Shown here one piece after another: positions 20,716 to 31,575 of a stretch of 64,000 bases of DNA (position 1 is the stretch's first letter; every line of letters begins with the position of its first letter). This DNA comes from an uncultured Pelagibacteraceae bacterium (GTDB taxonomy: Bacteria; Pseudomonadota; Alphaproteobacteria; Pelagibacterales; AG-422-B15). The translations under genes were made by a program, and so were the position numbers. The stretch spans positions 4,730-68,729 of the forward strand of contig CABZEU010000003.1 of NCBI GenBank assembly GCA_902524795.1. Direction: 5' to 3'. A model generated the notes under the pieces. That model saw only the letters and a list, made by a program, of their open reading frames with translations. It was not told the DNA's origin and did not search any database.

Positions 20716-20782
20716 CTTATCCCCTCAAAAAATTCTACTATAATAAAAAAGTAATGTCCTGAGATTAATATTATTTTATTTA

Positions 20783-22573
20783 TTACCCTCCAATTGCAAT
20801 CCCTTCTCTTCGAGGATCTGATCCCCCCTCAAGATTATCGCCGATATATATGGTATTTATTCCTGAAAAGTATTTTTTTAATTGTGTTTCGTAGCCCATT
20901 GATGAAAGCGCTTCTTTTAGAGTGTTAGCATTTGGACCATCTTCAATGTCATATCTACCCCATCGATTGATTGCATGAGGTAAAGATACAGATTGTTGTA
21001 CATTCATACCCCAATCAATAAGAGAAATAAGAGAGTTTGCAACGAACCCAATAATGTTGCTGCCCCCAGGAGATCCAGTAATGTATATTGGCTTTCCTTC
21101 CTTTAAGACAATTGTTGGTGACATAGAGGATCGTGGACGTTTACCTGGTTCTAGTCTATTGGAAATTAATTTCCCATCAATTTCATCGCGAAAAGAAAAA
21201 TCTGTAAGTTGGTTGTTTAATAGAAACCCACTTTCTGTTAACAATCTTGACCCAAAAGCATTTTCTATTGAAGAAGTCATAGACAACGCGTTCCCATATT
21301 TATCATAAATTGATATATGAGTTGTTGATTTTAGCTCAAGTGAATTATCATCTCCATAATTGTATGTAACTTCTTGAGAAGGATTTCCAGCTTCAATATT
21401 TTCTGTTCTTGTTCCTAATTCTATTTTCTTAGATCTTTTTTTTAAATATTCATGATCAAGTAAACCTTTCATGGGAACATCAACAAAATCACTGTCTGCT
21501 AAATATCTATCTCGATCAGCAAATGCTAATCGGCTTGCATCACCGATCACCTGCCATGATTTAGGATCTTCGTAGCCGAGTGATTTTAAGTTAAATTCTT
21601 CAAGAATTTTTAATATTTGTGCAACTGCGATACCCCCTGATGAAGGTGGACCCATACCACAAACATTATGTTCTCTATAACTTATGCACACTGGATCGCG
21701 TTCTATTACAGCATAATTTTCTAAATCACTATTTTCTAGAAACCCAGGATTTTCAGAATAGTTTTGAACTGTATTTACAATGTCATCAGCAATTTCTCCT
21801 TTATAGAAATTTTCAATACCGTCTTTAGAAATTTTTTTTAACGTTTCAGCATAAGCTCTATTCGTTACTAATTGTTTATATTTAAGATTATTTCCATCTG
21901 GTAAAAAGTAATCAGATGTTTGACTACTTTTTTTTAATCTATCCGAATCTCTTTCAATTGATGACGCCAACTTCTTAGATACGGGAAAACCATTTTCCCC
22001 AAGATTTATTGCAGCGGTAAATAGACTTGACCACTTTGTTTTTCCCCATTTTTTATGTGCTTTGAACATTAATGCAGGTGTACCTGGCGTACCTACAGAA
22101 AGACCACCAATGACAGCGTCAAAAAATTTTTTAGTCTCTCCACTTTTGTTTTGAAACTGAGTTGCAAAAGAAGCTCTTGGCGCAGTCTCTCGCCCGTCTA
22201 ATGTAGTAACTTTATTGGTTTTGTTATCGTACCAAATTAAGAAACTTCCACCACCCAGACCAGACGACTCTGGCTCTACTAATCCTAAAACTGCTTGTGC
22301 GGCTATCATTGCATCTGCAGCAGTTCCACCTTCCTCAAGAATTTTAGCTCCTGCTGCAGAAGCGTAAGAATTTGCTGTCACAATCATCCAGTCTTTCCCT
22401 AAAACTGGAACCACATCGTTTTTGGCCTGCATTGAAGCATTTATTTGTTCAGTATTTAAATCCTCATAATCAATAATAAATGTTTCAGGGCTAATTTGAT
22501 CAGAGAGATCCTCTGCATACGAATTGAGGGCAAGTAGGAAAGTTAATATAATAATAGAAATAAGTTTCTTCAT
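20783..22573 (-). CDS. ggt: Gamma-glutamyltranspeptidase
   Basis: Autoprocessing nucleophile region KSTTHISIYDKYGNALSMTSSIE, plus GGSFLIWY and PGGSNII. The ATG at 22573 gives a clean signal peptide (MKKLISIIILTFLLALNSYA) and lies 1 nt after the nuclease stop. Confidence 0.9.
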   Translation of the reverse strand: MKKLISIIILTFLLALNSYAEDLSDQISPETFIIDYEDLNTEQINASMQAKNDVVPVLGKDWMIVTANSYASAAGAKILEEGGTAADAMIAAQAVLGLVEPESSGLGGGSFLIWYDNKTNKVTTLDGRETAPRASFATQFQNKSGETKKFFDAVIGGLSVGTPGTPALMFKAHKKWGKTKWSSLFTAAINLGENGFPVSKKLASSIERDSDRLKKSSQTSDYFLPDGNNLKYKQLVTNRAYAETLKKISKDGIENFYKGEIADDIVNTVQNYSENPGFLENSDLENYAVIERDPVCISYREHNVCGMGPPSSGGIAVAQILKILEEFNLKSLGYEDPKSWQVIGDASRLAFADRDRYLADSDFVDVPMKGLLDHEYLKKRSKKIELGTRTENIEAGNPSQEVTYNYGDDNSLELKSTTHISIYDKYGNALSMTSSIENAFGSRLLTESGFLLNNQLTDFSFRDEIDGKLISNRLEPGKRPRSSMSPTIVLKEGKPIYITGSPGGSNIIGFVANSLISLIDWGMNVQQSVSLPHAINRWGRYDIEDGPNANTLKEALSSMGYETQLKKYFSGINTIYIGDNLEGGSDPRREGIAIGG

Positions 22574-22574
22574 T

Positions 22575-23012
22575 TTATTCTGTATAGATAATAGTTTCAT
22601 TGACGTTCAAATCCTGACACCAATCATATTTCTGATTGCGGTTATAAACAACGCCTAGTTGGTTTTCGATAATTTTACTCGATGCATCTTCACCATCAAT
22701 TATTAGATATGATAAAACTCTTCCAAAATAATCTTCCAGATATTCAGTTTTAAATTCAATTGTTGAAGCATTTGCAATAAGATCATTTAAGTAATCTCTT
22801 GCCTTTATACCCAATTCTAGTTCAGCATTGCATTTTGGCTTTGATATTTCAGGGGTATCTAACTCAAGTAATCTAATTTTCTTCTTCATACCATTCATTG
22901 TGATGTAGCAAGTATCTCCATCATAGCAGTATTGACCGTTGTACTGCCGAAGACTGATTTCAGCTTGAGCCGTTGTAATCATGCTAACAAATATCACGAG
23001 AATATATTTCAT
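22575..23012 (-). CDS. Secreted thermonuclease (SNase-like) family protein
   Basis: Signal peptide MKYILVIFVSMITTAQA. SNase motif KIRLLELDTPE...GRVLSYLIIDG. The ATG at 23012 is preferred to the ORF-track start. Confidence 0.75.
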   Translation of the reverse strand: MKYILVIFVSMITTAQAEISLRQYNGQYCYDGDTCYITMNGMKKKIRLLELDTPEISKPKCNAELELGIKARDYLNDLIANASTIEFKTEYLEDYFGRVLSYLIIDGEDASSKIIENQLGVVYNRNQKYDWCQDLNVNETIIYTE

Positions 23013-23086
23013 CTTAATAACTATAAATCTTGTTTTTATATGATAAAGCAATTAGAAGACATTCAACAATATTTTAAACTCCACTA

Positions 23087-24907
23087 ATGACATTAAAGTT
23101 AAGAAACATTGCTATTATTGCTCATGTTGATCATGGGAAAACGACATTAATAGACTCTTTAATGAAACAAACAGGCATGTTTCGTGAAAATCAAAACATA
23201 GATGAACGTCTAATGGATTCTGGCGATCTCGAAAAGGAAAGAGGGATTACTATTCTAGCAAAACCAACTTCAATTGTTTGGAAAGATGTCCGTATTAATA
23301 TAATCGATACTCCTGGGCATGCTGATTTTGGCGGTGAAGTAGAACGAGTTCTTGGAATGGCAGATGGCGTAATAATATTAGCAGATGCTGCAGAAGGACC
23401 AATGCCGCAAACAAAGTTTGTTTTAGGTAAAGCTCTCGCTCAGAATTTAAAGCCCATTGTTGTAATTAATAAAGTAGATCGGCACGATGCTAGATCTGAC
23501 GAGGTTGTTAATGAAGTTTTTGATTTATTTGTTGCATTAGATGCAAGTGAAGAACAGTTGGACTTTCCAATTTTATATGCAGCAGGTAGAGAGGGATGGT
23601 GTATCGAAAATTTAGATGATCCCAGAGAAAATTTATATCCCTTATTAGATCTAATATTAAATCACGTTGAAGAACCAACAGTAGATCTATTAAAGCCTTT
23701 TGCAATGCTAGCAACTCTTCTTGATGCAGATCCTTATCTAGGACGATGCCTGATCGGAAGAGTTATAAATGGATCTGCAAAAGTAAATGACCAAGTGAAG
23801 TCTATTAATCTAAGTGGTCGTCAAATAGAAACGGGAAGACTGACAAAACTATTTACATTTAGAGGGACAGACAGAGTGCCAGTTGATCAAGTAACAGCTG
23901 GTGATATAATTTGTATCGCTGGTTTAGCTGTCACATCAGTAGCAGATACAATTTGTAACCCAGAGGTTACAGAACCACTCGTTTCAACACCCATTGATCC
24001 TCCAACAATGTCAGTGACGATTACAGTCAATGACTCACCTTTTGCTGGTACAGATGGAAATAGAGTAACCTCAACTTTAATTCGTGAGAGACTTTTAGCT
24101 GAAGCTGAAACCAATGTTGCAATTACTTTTGAAGAAAATGATCAAAAAGATGCTTTTGAAATCGGTGGGCGAGGTGAGCTGCAAATTGGTGTCCTAATAG
24201 AACAAATGAGAAGAGAAGGATTTGAACTATCAGTTTCAAGACCACGTGTTCTATACAAAGTTGGTGAAAATGGAGCAAGAACAGAGCCTATTGAGGAGGT
24301 TATTATTGACGTTGACGACGAATATACAAGCACTGTGGTTGATGGAATGAATCAAAGAAAAGGTGAAATGCAAGACATGCGAGCATCTGGAGCAGGTAAG
24401 ACGAGACTAACATTTTTAGCTCCATCAAGAGGCTTAATAGGATACCAAAATAAATTTTTAACAGATACAAAAGGAACAGGCGTTCTCAATAGGCTCTTCA
24501 ACAAATATGATAATTATAAAGGGAGTATTGTTGGACGAAAATATGGAGCATTAATATCAACTGATACTGGCAGCGCAGTAGCGTATGCAATTTTTAACTT
24601 ACAAGATCGTGGTACAATGTTTATTGACCACCAAACTAAGGTTTATGGAGGTATGGTGGTTGGTGAGCACAGTCGTGATAATGATCTTGAAATAAATGTT
24701 TTAAAAGGTAAGCAGCTTACTAATGTAAGGGCTTCTGGAACAGATGAAGCAGTTAAATTAACTCCACCAAGAAGAATGTCACTAGAAGAAATGATGGCTT
24801 ATATCAATGAGGATGAGCTATTAGAGGTCACTCCAAAAAATTTAAGATTAAGAAAACGCTATCTATCAGCCATTGATCGTAAAAGAGACAGAAAATCAAA
24901 ATCCTAA
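23087..24907 (+). CDS. typA: Translational GTPase TypA/BipA
   Basis: 606 aa. NIAIIAHVDHGKTTL, DTPGHADFGGEVER, NKVD. BipA-specific C-terminal domain. Confidence 0.95.
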   Translation: MTLKLRNIAIIAHVDHGKTTLIDSLMKQTGMFRENQNIDERLMDSGDLEKERGITILAKPTSIVWKDVRINIIDTPGHADFGGEVERVLGMADGVIILADAAEGPMPQTKFVLGKALAQNLKPIVVINKVDRHDARSDEVVNEVFDLFVALDASEEQLDFPILYAAGREGWCIENLDDPRENLYPLLDLILNHVEEPTVDLLKPFAMLATLLDADPYLGRCLIGRVINGSAKVNDQVKSINLSGRQIETGRLTKLFTFRGTDRVPVDQVTAGDIICIAGLAVTSVADTICNPEVTEPLVSTPIDPPTMSVTITVNDSPFAGTDGNRVTSTLIRERLLAEAETNVAITFEENDQKDAFEIGGRGELQIGVLIEQMRREGFELSVSRPRVLYKVGENGARTEPIEEVIIDVDDEYTSTVVDGMNQRKGEMQDMRASGAGKTRLTFLAPSRGLIGYQNKFLTDTKGTGVLNRLFNKYDNYKGSIVGRKYGALISTDTGSAVAYAIFNLQDRGTMFIDHQTKVYGGMVVGEHSRDNDLEINVLKGKQLTNVRASGTDEAVKLTPPRRMSLEEMMAYINEDELLEVTPKNLRLRKRYLSAIDRKRDRKSKS

Positions 24908-24911
24908 TTAC

Positions 24912-25673
24912 TTAATTTTTTACACCGTATCCTTTTGAAATTACAATAGCTACCCCAACAATACAAGCCACTAAAAAGCCTACAAGCGATACAACACTTA
25001 TAAAGATATTAATATCTGAAGCGCCATAAAATGACCATCGCATACCATTTATAAGGTATACCACAGGATTAAAGTATGAAACTTTCTGCCAGAACTCGGG
25101 TAACATCTCGATTGTATATAAACTGCCCCCTAAAAAAACTAATGGAGTAATAATTATGAGAGGAACAACTTGCAATTGCTCAAAGTTATTGCTGAGCAAT
25201 CCAATTAAAAATCCAAATAAACTAAATGTAAGACAAGTTAAAATTAGGAGAAAAAGCATCAACAAGGGATATTGAATTTTTAGTTCAACAAAAAAACTTG
25301 CAGTAAGTAAAATTATTATACCAACAATTAAAGACTTTGTTGCACTGGCTCCAACAAATCCAATTATGATTTCCAAAGATGATACCGGCGCAGCCAACAC
25401 CTCATAAATAGAACCTGTAAATTTTGGGAAAAATATTCCAAATGCTGAGTTTGAAATACTTTGTGTTAAAAGAGTAAGCATGAGCAAGCCAGGTACTATA
25501 AATGATCCATAACTCACACCATCAAGCTCTGGTATCATGCTTCCTATTACGGATCCGAATACAATAAAATATAAAGAAGTTGAAATTACTGGTGAAAGTA
25601 TGCTTTGACCTATTGTTCTTCGCATTCTATCCATCTCGTGTAAATATATTGCTCTTATTGCGTAAAAGTTCAT
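24912..25673 (-). CDS. ABC-2 type transporter permease (YadH-like)
   Basis: 253 aa with six predicted TM segments. 1-nt overlap with the upstream ABC ATPase gene. Confidence 0.8.
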   Translation of the reverse strand: MNFYAIRAIYLHEMDRMRRTIGQSILSPVISTSLYFIVFGSVIGSMIPELDGVSYGSFIVPGLLMLTLLTQSISNSAFGIFFPKFTGSIYEVLAAPVSSLEIIIGFVGASATKSLIVGIIILLTASFFVELKIQYPLLMLFLLILTCLTFSLFGFLIGLLSNNFEQLQVVPLIIITPLVFLGGSLYTIEMLPEFWQKVSYFNPVVYLINGMRWSFYGASDINIFISVVSLVGFLVACIVGVAIVISKGYGVKN

Positions 25674-26596
25674 TAATTTTCCCTTACCAATTCGACAAAA
25701 ATATTTTCCAAAGAGCTTTGTTCAGTTTTTAAGTCTTTCAACTTCAATCCAGTTTCTTTCATATCTTGTAACAATGATGTAATTCCCGTTTGTTTACTTG
25801 ACGAGTCGTAATTGTAGCTGATTGATAATCCATTGTTCAAGACTGTTAGATTGTAACTTTCTAATTGAGCGGGAAGCGTTTGAATAGCTTCGTGCAATTC
25901 AATAACAAGTGTTTTCTGACCCATGCTACGTACTAAGTCGGATGTGTTATCAACTACCAGAAGTTCTCCTTTATTAATAACAGCAACTCGGTCAGCGATT
26001 GCCTCTGCTTCTTCAATGTAATGGGTTGTAAGAATAATAGTGACACCGCTATTTCTAAGATCCTTAATTACTTGCCACATTTCTTGCCTTAATTCAACAT
26101 CTACGCCAGCGCTGGGCTCATCAAGGAATAATACGGAAGGTTCATGTGAAAGAGCTTTTGCTATTAATACCCTTCTTTTCATACCACCAGATAATTCATT
26201 AATTCTAGAGTTTCTTTTATCCCACAAGCTTAAATCTTTTAAAATTTTTTCAATTAAAGATGGATTGGGAGCCTTTCCATATAACCCACGTGTGTAAGAA
26301 ACATTATTAAAAACATATTCAAATTGTTCTAATGACAATTCTTGTGGAACTAAACCAATTAGCGACCTAGTACGTCTATAGTCTTTTAAAATGTCAAAAT
26401 TATCTACAGTTACTGAGCCAGATGATGGAATAACAATTCCACAGATAATACTAATCATCGTTGTTTTTCCAGCACCATTAGGACCCAATAAAGCAATTAT
26501 TTCATTTTTCTTTATATCTAGAGTGATGTTATTGAGTGCTTGAAAATTATTATCATATATTTTTGATAGTTTTTTTATTGAAACGATATTTTGCAT
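25673..26596 (-). CDS. ABC transporter ATP-binding protein (ABC-2 exporter, YadG-like)
   Basis: Walker A GPNGAGKTT, signature LSGGMKRRVLIAKA, Walker B LFLDEPSAGVD. Confidence 0.9.
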   Translation of the reverse strand: MQNIVSIKKLSKIYDNNFQALNNITLDIKKNEIIALLGPNGAGKTTMISIICGIVIPSSGSVTVDNFDILKDYRRTRSLIGLVPQELSLEQFEYVFNNVSYTRGLYGKAPNPSLIEKILKDLSLWDKRNSRINELSGGMKRRVLIAKALSHEPSVLFLDEPSAGVDVELRQEMWQVIKDLRNSGVTIILTTHYIEEAEAIADRVAVINKGELLVVDNTSDLVRSMGQKTLVIELHEAIQTLPAQLESYNLTVLNNGLSISYNYDSSSKQTGITSLLQDMKETGLKLKDLKTEQSSLENIFVELVREN

Positions 26597-26656
26597 CGCT
26601 ACCTTATATCATCAAAAATAAAGAAGTCTTTTATTCTTTTAAATAAATTATTTAAA

Positions 26657-27280
26657 CTAAATTGGCTGAAAGATACTTGATGCAAAATCAAGTACATGAA
26701 TTTTACCCGATCCAATATCTATCCATGAGCCATAAATATTGATTTCTTTACGATCTAATCTTTCACGAATAAAAGGATAGCTCTCTAGATTTTTTATAGA
26801 TGTTTTAATACTTACCTTCTCCAAATCTTTTATTGACTCATTTTCGTTCAAGTTAGCAATCTTGTTAAAGGAGGGCTTAAGAAGATTTAACCAGTTTGAA
26901 ATCGATGAGTTAGCATCGAAGGCATTTTCTTTACACATACTATAGCCATTTTTAATGCCACCACAGCTTGAATGACCCATAACAATTATATTTTTAATAT
27001 TCAAGACCGTAATACCAAACTCAATAGCTGCAATTGTTCCGCTATGTTCCGTTATATAATTATAGGGTGGGACAATATTTGCTATATTTCTATGTACCAG
27101 CATCTCACCCGGTTCAGATTTAAATATTGAATTTGGATCTACTCTAGAGTCGACGCAAGAAATGATAATATATTTTGGAGACTGGCCTTCTTTGGCAAGA
27201 CTCTGAAAAAGATTTTTCTTTTTTAAGTATGTATCATTATGCCAATCTTTATATTTTTCTTTAAGATCTTGTGGAAACAT
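26657..27280 (-). CDS. Beta-class carbonic anhydrase
   Basis: Zn ligand motifs SCVDSRV and GHSSCGG. 207 aa. Confidence 0.9.
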   Translation of the reverse strand: MFPQDLKEKYKDWHNDTYLKKKNLFQSLAKEGQSPKYIIISCVDSRVDPNSIFKSEPGEMLVHRNIANIVPPYNYITEHSGTIAAIEFGITVLNIKNIIVMGHSSCGGIKNGYSMCKENAFDANSSISNWLNLLKPSFNKIANLNENESIKDLEKVSIKTSIKNLESYPFIRERLDRKEINIYGSWIDIGSGKIHVLDFASSIFQPI

Positions 27281-27284
27281 ATCT

Positions 27285-29212
27285 TTAATTATTTTTTATC
27301 CAAATCGGTGATGACCACGCCATTTCACGCATAATTTTTGGATAGTTTTTAGAGGGTTTTTCATCTATTCTGATACTATCATAAGTTGACCATCTACATG
27401 TAGGGTTTTCAATAGCTCTAACGTAGTAAAAAGCATTTTGCTCAAATGAATATTTCTCATCGGTCCAGAGAATCTCTAATCGATCGGCTCCAAAGTTTTC
27501 GTTAAACGAACAATCGTCAAAATCTACTTTTGCTTTTGTTGGTTTGCACCTATTTTTTTTATTATTAATTTCCCTATCATCACTACAGATTACATCGTAA
27601 ACAACTTCTTTTTCATTTCCATCTTCAGTCCAACCTTTTACTATTTGAATTTTGTCTAATGGCGCACTCAATGAGTCTCGTTCAGCAGTGATATAAAATT
27701 TGGGTATTTGCATAGAGCTATTTATAACAGTACTACCCATAGTATAACCGTTTTCATAGGATTCGGCTATTGGATCAACAGACGTATAGATTTCTTCTGT
27801 ACTATTAAAATTGAGAAAAAATCTCAACCTAATTCTTGTTCCGCTAGTTGCATACACCTCTTTTTTTTGCATAGCTTCAAATAGAGTATTTCTATTATTT
27901 TCTTCAGCCCAAACTGCCGCTAGACCACCTGGATTATTTATAAGTTGGGTCATTAATAATCCTTCTTTTACTCTTCTTTTAGACGGTCCAACGAAGCTGG
28001 TTCTGCCTCTGTAATCCCATTCTTCTGTATCTCCTGGATTAGAATTATGAGAGTCAGAACTTCCTATCATTCCAAAATTAAGGGGATTAAATCCAAATTC
28101 GTTCTCCAAAGAAAGGCCTTTTTTTAGACCATCACGCACCATAGAAGTTTCTTGAATGCATAATGTATCATCATCATTTTCACATTTTGGATAGAATTGC
28201 TCAATATCACATTCTTCGTCAGTGCTTCCAAAAATGTACTGCACTCTGAGTTTCCTTTATCCTGAAATATTTCAACTAATGGCTCATTGTTGTTCCGTAG
28301 TTTCCAATCTTCAAGTGTATATTGTTCATTATCGATAGTATGGTTTGCAAATGCATATCCCCAGGAGCGATTACCATTATGTGGTATCGTCATAAATTCA
28401 CAGGGATAGTTACAACTTTCTAATAACTTTTTCCATAAATCAATAGCTGTGTGAGCATCGAAAAGTGAGAAAGCTTTTTCAGGGACCGTATTATTTTTAA
28501 ATATAACATTTCTGTGGTTGTAGCCGCCATCAGGTAATGTGGGCGAGTATTCATAAGCAACAAATGTTGTAAATTTTCCAGGTTCATTATGATTATCTGC
28601 AACTTTTATAATTTTGTCCCATGTAGATTTTATAAATCGTTCTTCCTTTTCTTTATCACCAATAGCTGCTGACATGATGCTTACAGGCGGCCTTGCAACA
28701 GATGTCTCGCGAAGATCAAAAAAAAATCTATAACTAGGGGACTCCAATCTTGTACAAGTAATTTTTGACTCCTCTGTAATCTCTGGATCAGCACAGCTTT
28801 CCTGTAGTCCAAATGTTTCTGCATGATCAGTTACTGCAGCAAAGTCTAGAGGTCTTGAAATTTGCATTTGTTCACCAAACATATTCAGCATAGGCTCTCC
28901 CTTCGCAAACTTATATGTATCATCTAGGCCATAGCGATTACCAAAAATATAGGAGTCAAATGACAAGCTTGAATGAACATGGAGATCACCAAAATATACA
29001 TTCTTATTTTTGTTAGGTTTTTTAAATTCAAAAGGTTCAAAAACAGTTTGTCTTGTAATATTTTCTCTTTGTTCTTTTGCTTCTTCAGAAAGTTTTAAAA
29101 TTTCTTCTTTTGATAGGACAGGTACGTTGTATAAGTTATATAAATACAGAGAACCAATTAAAATTAAAAAACTTAGGGTACTAAATAGAATAATCCAATG
29201 AATTTTTCTCAT
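27285..29212 (-). pseudogene. DUF3604-family metal-dependent hydrolase-like gene interrupted by a 1-nt frameshift
   Basis: Two same-strand ORFs (28124-29212 and 27285-28244) overlap in different frames. The N-terminal part has a signal/TM segment, DLHVHSSLSFDSY and VEIFQDKGNSEC. The C-terminal part continues with FGSTDEECD...FGMIGSSDSHNSNPG. Adding one T to the sense T5 run (plus-strand A5 at 28230-28234) restores a single ~640 aa reading frame. Confidence 0.7.
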
Positions 29213-29257
29213 AATATCTAGTCATAGACAATATAAGGGTATAAAATTTTTACAAGC

Positions 29258-30400
29258 ATGAGTGAGGGATATATTTTAAAAAAAACGGAAAAATCTCTAC
29301 CATTAAATTGGTATTTCAATCAAAATCAATTTGATAAAGAACTAAAGAAAGTTTTATCAAAGGAATGGCTATACATTTGCCATGAACACGCTTTATCACA
29401 GCCGTTATCTTTTCATACTGTTGAAATAAGTAAATTTAATATTCTTCTTGTTCGTGACAAAGAAGGAAATATGAATGCATATTATAATTCTTGTAGCCAT
29501 CGAGGATCTATTTTAAAAAAAGAAAAAAATGGGAAGCTAAAGTCTAATTTATTAATTTGCCCTTATCACCAATGGTCCTATAACGCAAGTAATGGAAATC
29601 TTATAAAAACTTCCTCAATAACCGATCCAAAAAATTTTAGTAAAGATAAAAATTGTTTAATCAAAGTAAAATTTAAAATTTGGAATGGACTAATCTTTAT
29701 TAACCTGAATAATAATGCTAAATGGAATTCTAAAAAAGTATTCCCAGATTATAGTGATGCTTTTTCGCAATTGAATGTGAGTAATTATCAAATTGGTCAC
29801 ACATGGAAAAAAAAAATAAAATGCAACTGGAAAATTTTTTGGGAAAATTATAGTGAGTGTCTACATTGTCCAAACCTTCATCCAGAACTATCTAATCTTG
29901 TTCCTATCTACGGCCGAAGACTTGTAGACATAAAAGATGATCCTAACTGGAAAAGGTTCATTAATCATGATGATCCAAAGTATAAAGGCGGCATGAAAAA
30001 AGGAACTGAAACGTGGTCAATGGATGGCAGTGCGCAAGGCCATCGTGTAGAATACTTAGAAAATCAGACAAACTTTCCTGGATATATTTATATGACAAGC
30101 TGGCCTTCTATGTTTTTAGCGATTTTTACTGACCATATCAGAATGGTTCGCATTCTTCCTTTATCTAATGAGCTCACAGAAGTAACTGCTGAGTGGATTT
30201 TTCGAAAAGAAACACTTAAAGACAAAAAATATTCAATGAAAAATGTTATTGATTTTGCAGTACTCGTAATGAAACAGGATGCTGAGGCTTGTGAACTTAA
30301 TCAAAAAGGCATACATAATCCAATACGTAAAAATGGAACCTTAATGCCTGAAGAGTATGAAATAAAAAGGTTTCATAATTGGCTTAGAAAGAAATTATAA
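29258..30400 (+). CDS. Rieske [2Fe-2S] non-haem-iron oxygenase, alpha-subunit type
   Basis: Rieske motif CSHRGS...CPYHQW. Catalytic-domain motif WENYSECLHCPNLHPEL, resembling GbcA/CntA/choline-monooxygenase-type enzymes. No reductase gene is adjacent. Confidence 0.8.
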   Translation: MSEGYILKKTEKSLPLNWYFNQNQFDKELKKVLSKEWLYICHEHALSQPLSFHTVEISKFNILLVRDKEGNMNAYYNSCSHRGSILKKEKNGKLKSNLLICPYHQWSYNASNGNLIKTSSITDPKNFSKDKNCLIKVKFKIWNGLIFINLNNNAKWNSKKVFPDYSDAFSQLNVSNYQIGHTWKKKIKCNWKIFWENYSECLHCPNLHPELSNLVPIYGRRLVDIKDDPNWKRFINHDDPKYKGGMKKGTETWSMDGSAQGHRVEYLENQTNFPGYIYMTSWPSMFLAIFTDHIRMVRILPLSNELTEVTAEWIFRKETLKDKKYSMKNVIDFAVLVMKQDAEACELNQKGIHNPIRKNGTLMPEEYEIKRFHNWLRKKL

Positions 30401-30410
30401 ACATTAAAAG

Positions 30411-31571
30411 ATGGATGTAGTTACAGAAAATTTTGAAAAAGAAATGATTGCTTGGAGACATGACTTTCACGCTCATCCTGAACTAAATTTTGATTTAGAT
30501 ATCACATCAGCAAAAGTTGCTGAAATTTTAAAAAGTTTTGGATTAGAGGTTTTTGAGGGTATTGGGAAAAAAGGTATCGTTGCAGTGCTCAAAAATGGCA
30601 ATAGTAATAAAAGTATAGGTATACGTGCTGACATGGATGCTTTACCAGTAAAAGAAGAGAGTGACTGTGAATACAAATCCATTCATGAAGGAAAAATGCA
30701 TGCGTGTGGTCACGATGGCCATACAGCAATGGCTCTCGGTGCTGCCAAATATCTTTCTGCAACAAAAAATTTTAATGGTACGGTATATTTTATTTTCCAA
30801 CCTGATGAAGAAAAAACGCAAGGTGCACAAGCAATGATTGATGACGGTCTTTTTGAAAATTTCTCCATAGATGAAGTTTATGCATTTCATAATTTGCCAG
30901 GAATGGAAGTTGGCTCTTTCGCTACACGTTCAGGCACAATAACAGCTAGTGAGAGTCTCTTTAATATTAAGCTTTGGGGTCAAGGTGGACATTCTGCATT
31001 GCCGCACATGGGAGTTGATACTATAACAGTAGGAACACAAATTATAACTTCACTACAATCAATAGTTTCAAGAAAATTAAATCCCGCAATGAATGGTGTT
31101 GTATCTGTTACTAAATTTGAGTCTGATGGAAATGAAAATATTTTACCTGGTCATTCTATAATTTCTGGAGATGCTCGAGCACTTTCGCCTGAGGCCAATA
31201 AAATTATTGAAGATAGTATGCGAAACATTGTTGAGGGAATTGCCAAGGCTCACGGTATAAAATTTGAATTTACATACGATACTCGAACAAACATGACAAT
31301 TAATACAACTGAACAAGCAGCTTTTGCGTCTAAGGTCGCTGCAGATCTTGTTGGAACTAAAAATGTTGATGGAAATTGTGATCCAAAATTATTTTCTGAG
31401 GATTTTGCTCAAATGTTAATGGTTAAACCAGGTTGTTACATTCTTATTGGCAATGGAACAGAGGGAACACACGGCCAATCGTTACATTCTTCTAAATACG
31501 ACTTTAATGACAAACTTCTTGTGATCGGGTCCTCTTTCTGGACCAAACTTGTTTGTGAACGGCTATCCTAG
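30411..31571 (+). CDS. M20D amidohydrolase (hippurate hydrolase / N-acyl-amino-acid amidohydrolase family)
   Basis: FHAHPEL, MHACGHDGH, FQPDEE and GGHSALPH motifs. Confidence 0.85.
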   Translation: MDVVTENFEKEMIAWRHDFHAHPELNFDLDITSAKVAEILKSFGLEVFEGIGKKGIVAVLKNGNSNKSIGIRADMDALPVKEESDCEYKSIHEGKMHACGHDGHTAMALGAAKYLSATKNFNGTVYFIFQPDEEKTQGAQAMIDDGLFENFSIDEVYAFHNLPGMEVGSFATRSGTITASESLFNIKLWGQGGHSALPHMGVDTITVGTQIITSLQSIVSRKLNPAMNGVVSVTKFESDGNENILPGHSIISGDARALSPEANKIIEDSMRNIVEGIAKAHGIKFEFTYDTRTNMTINTTEQAAFASKVAADLVGTKNVDGNCDPKLFSEDFAQMLMVKPGCYILIGNGTEGTHGQSLHSSKYDFNDKLLVIGSSFWTKLVCERLS

Positions 31572-31575
31572 ATTC

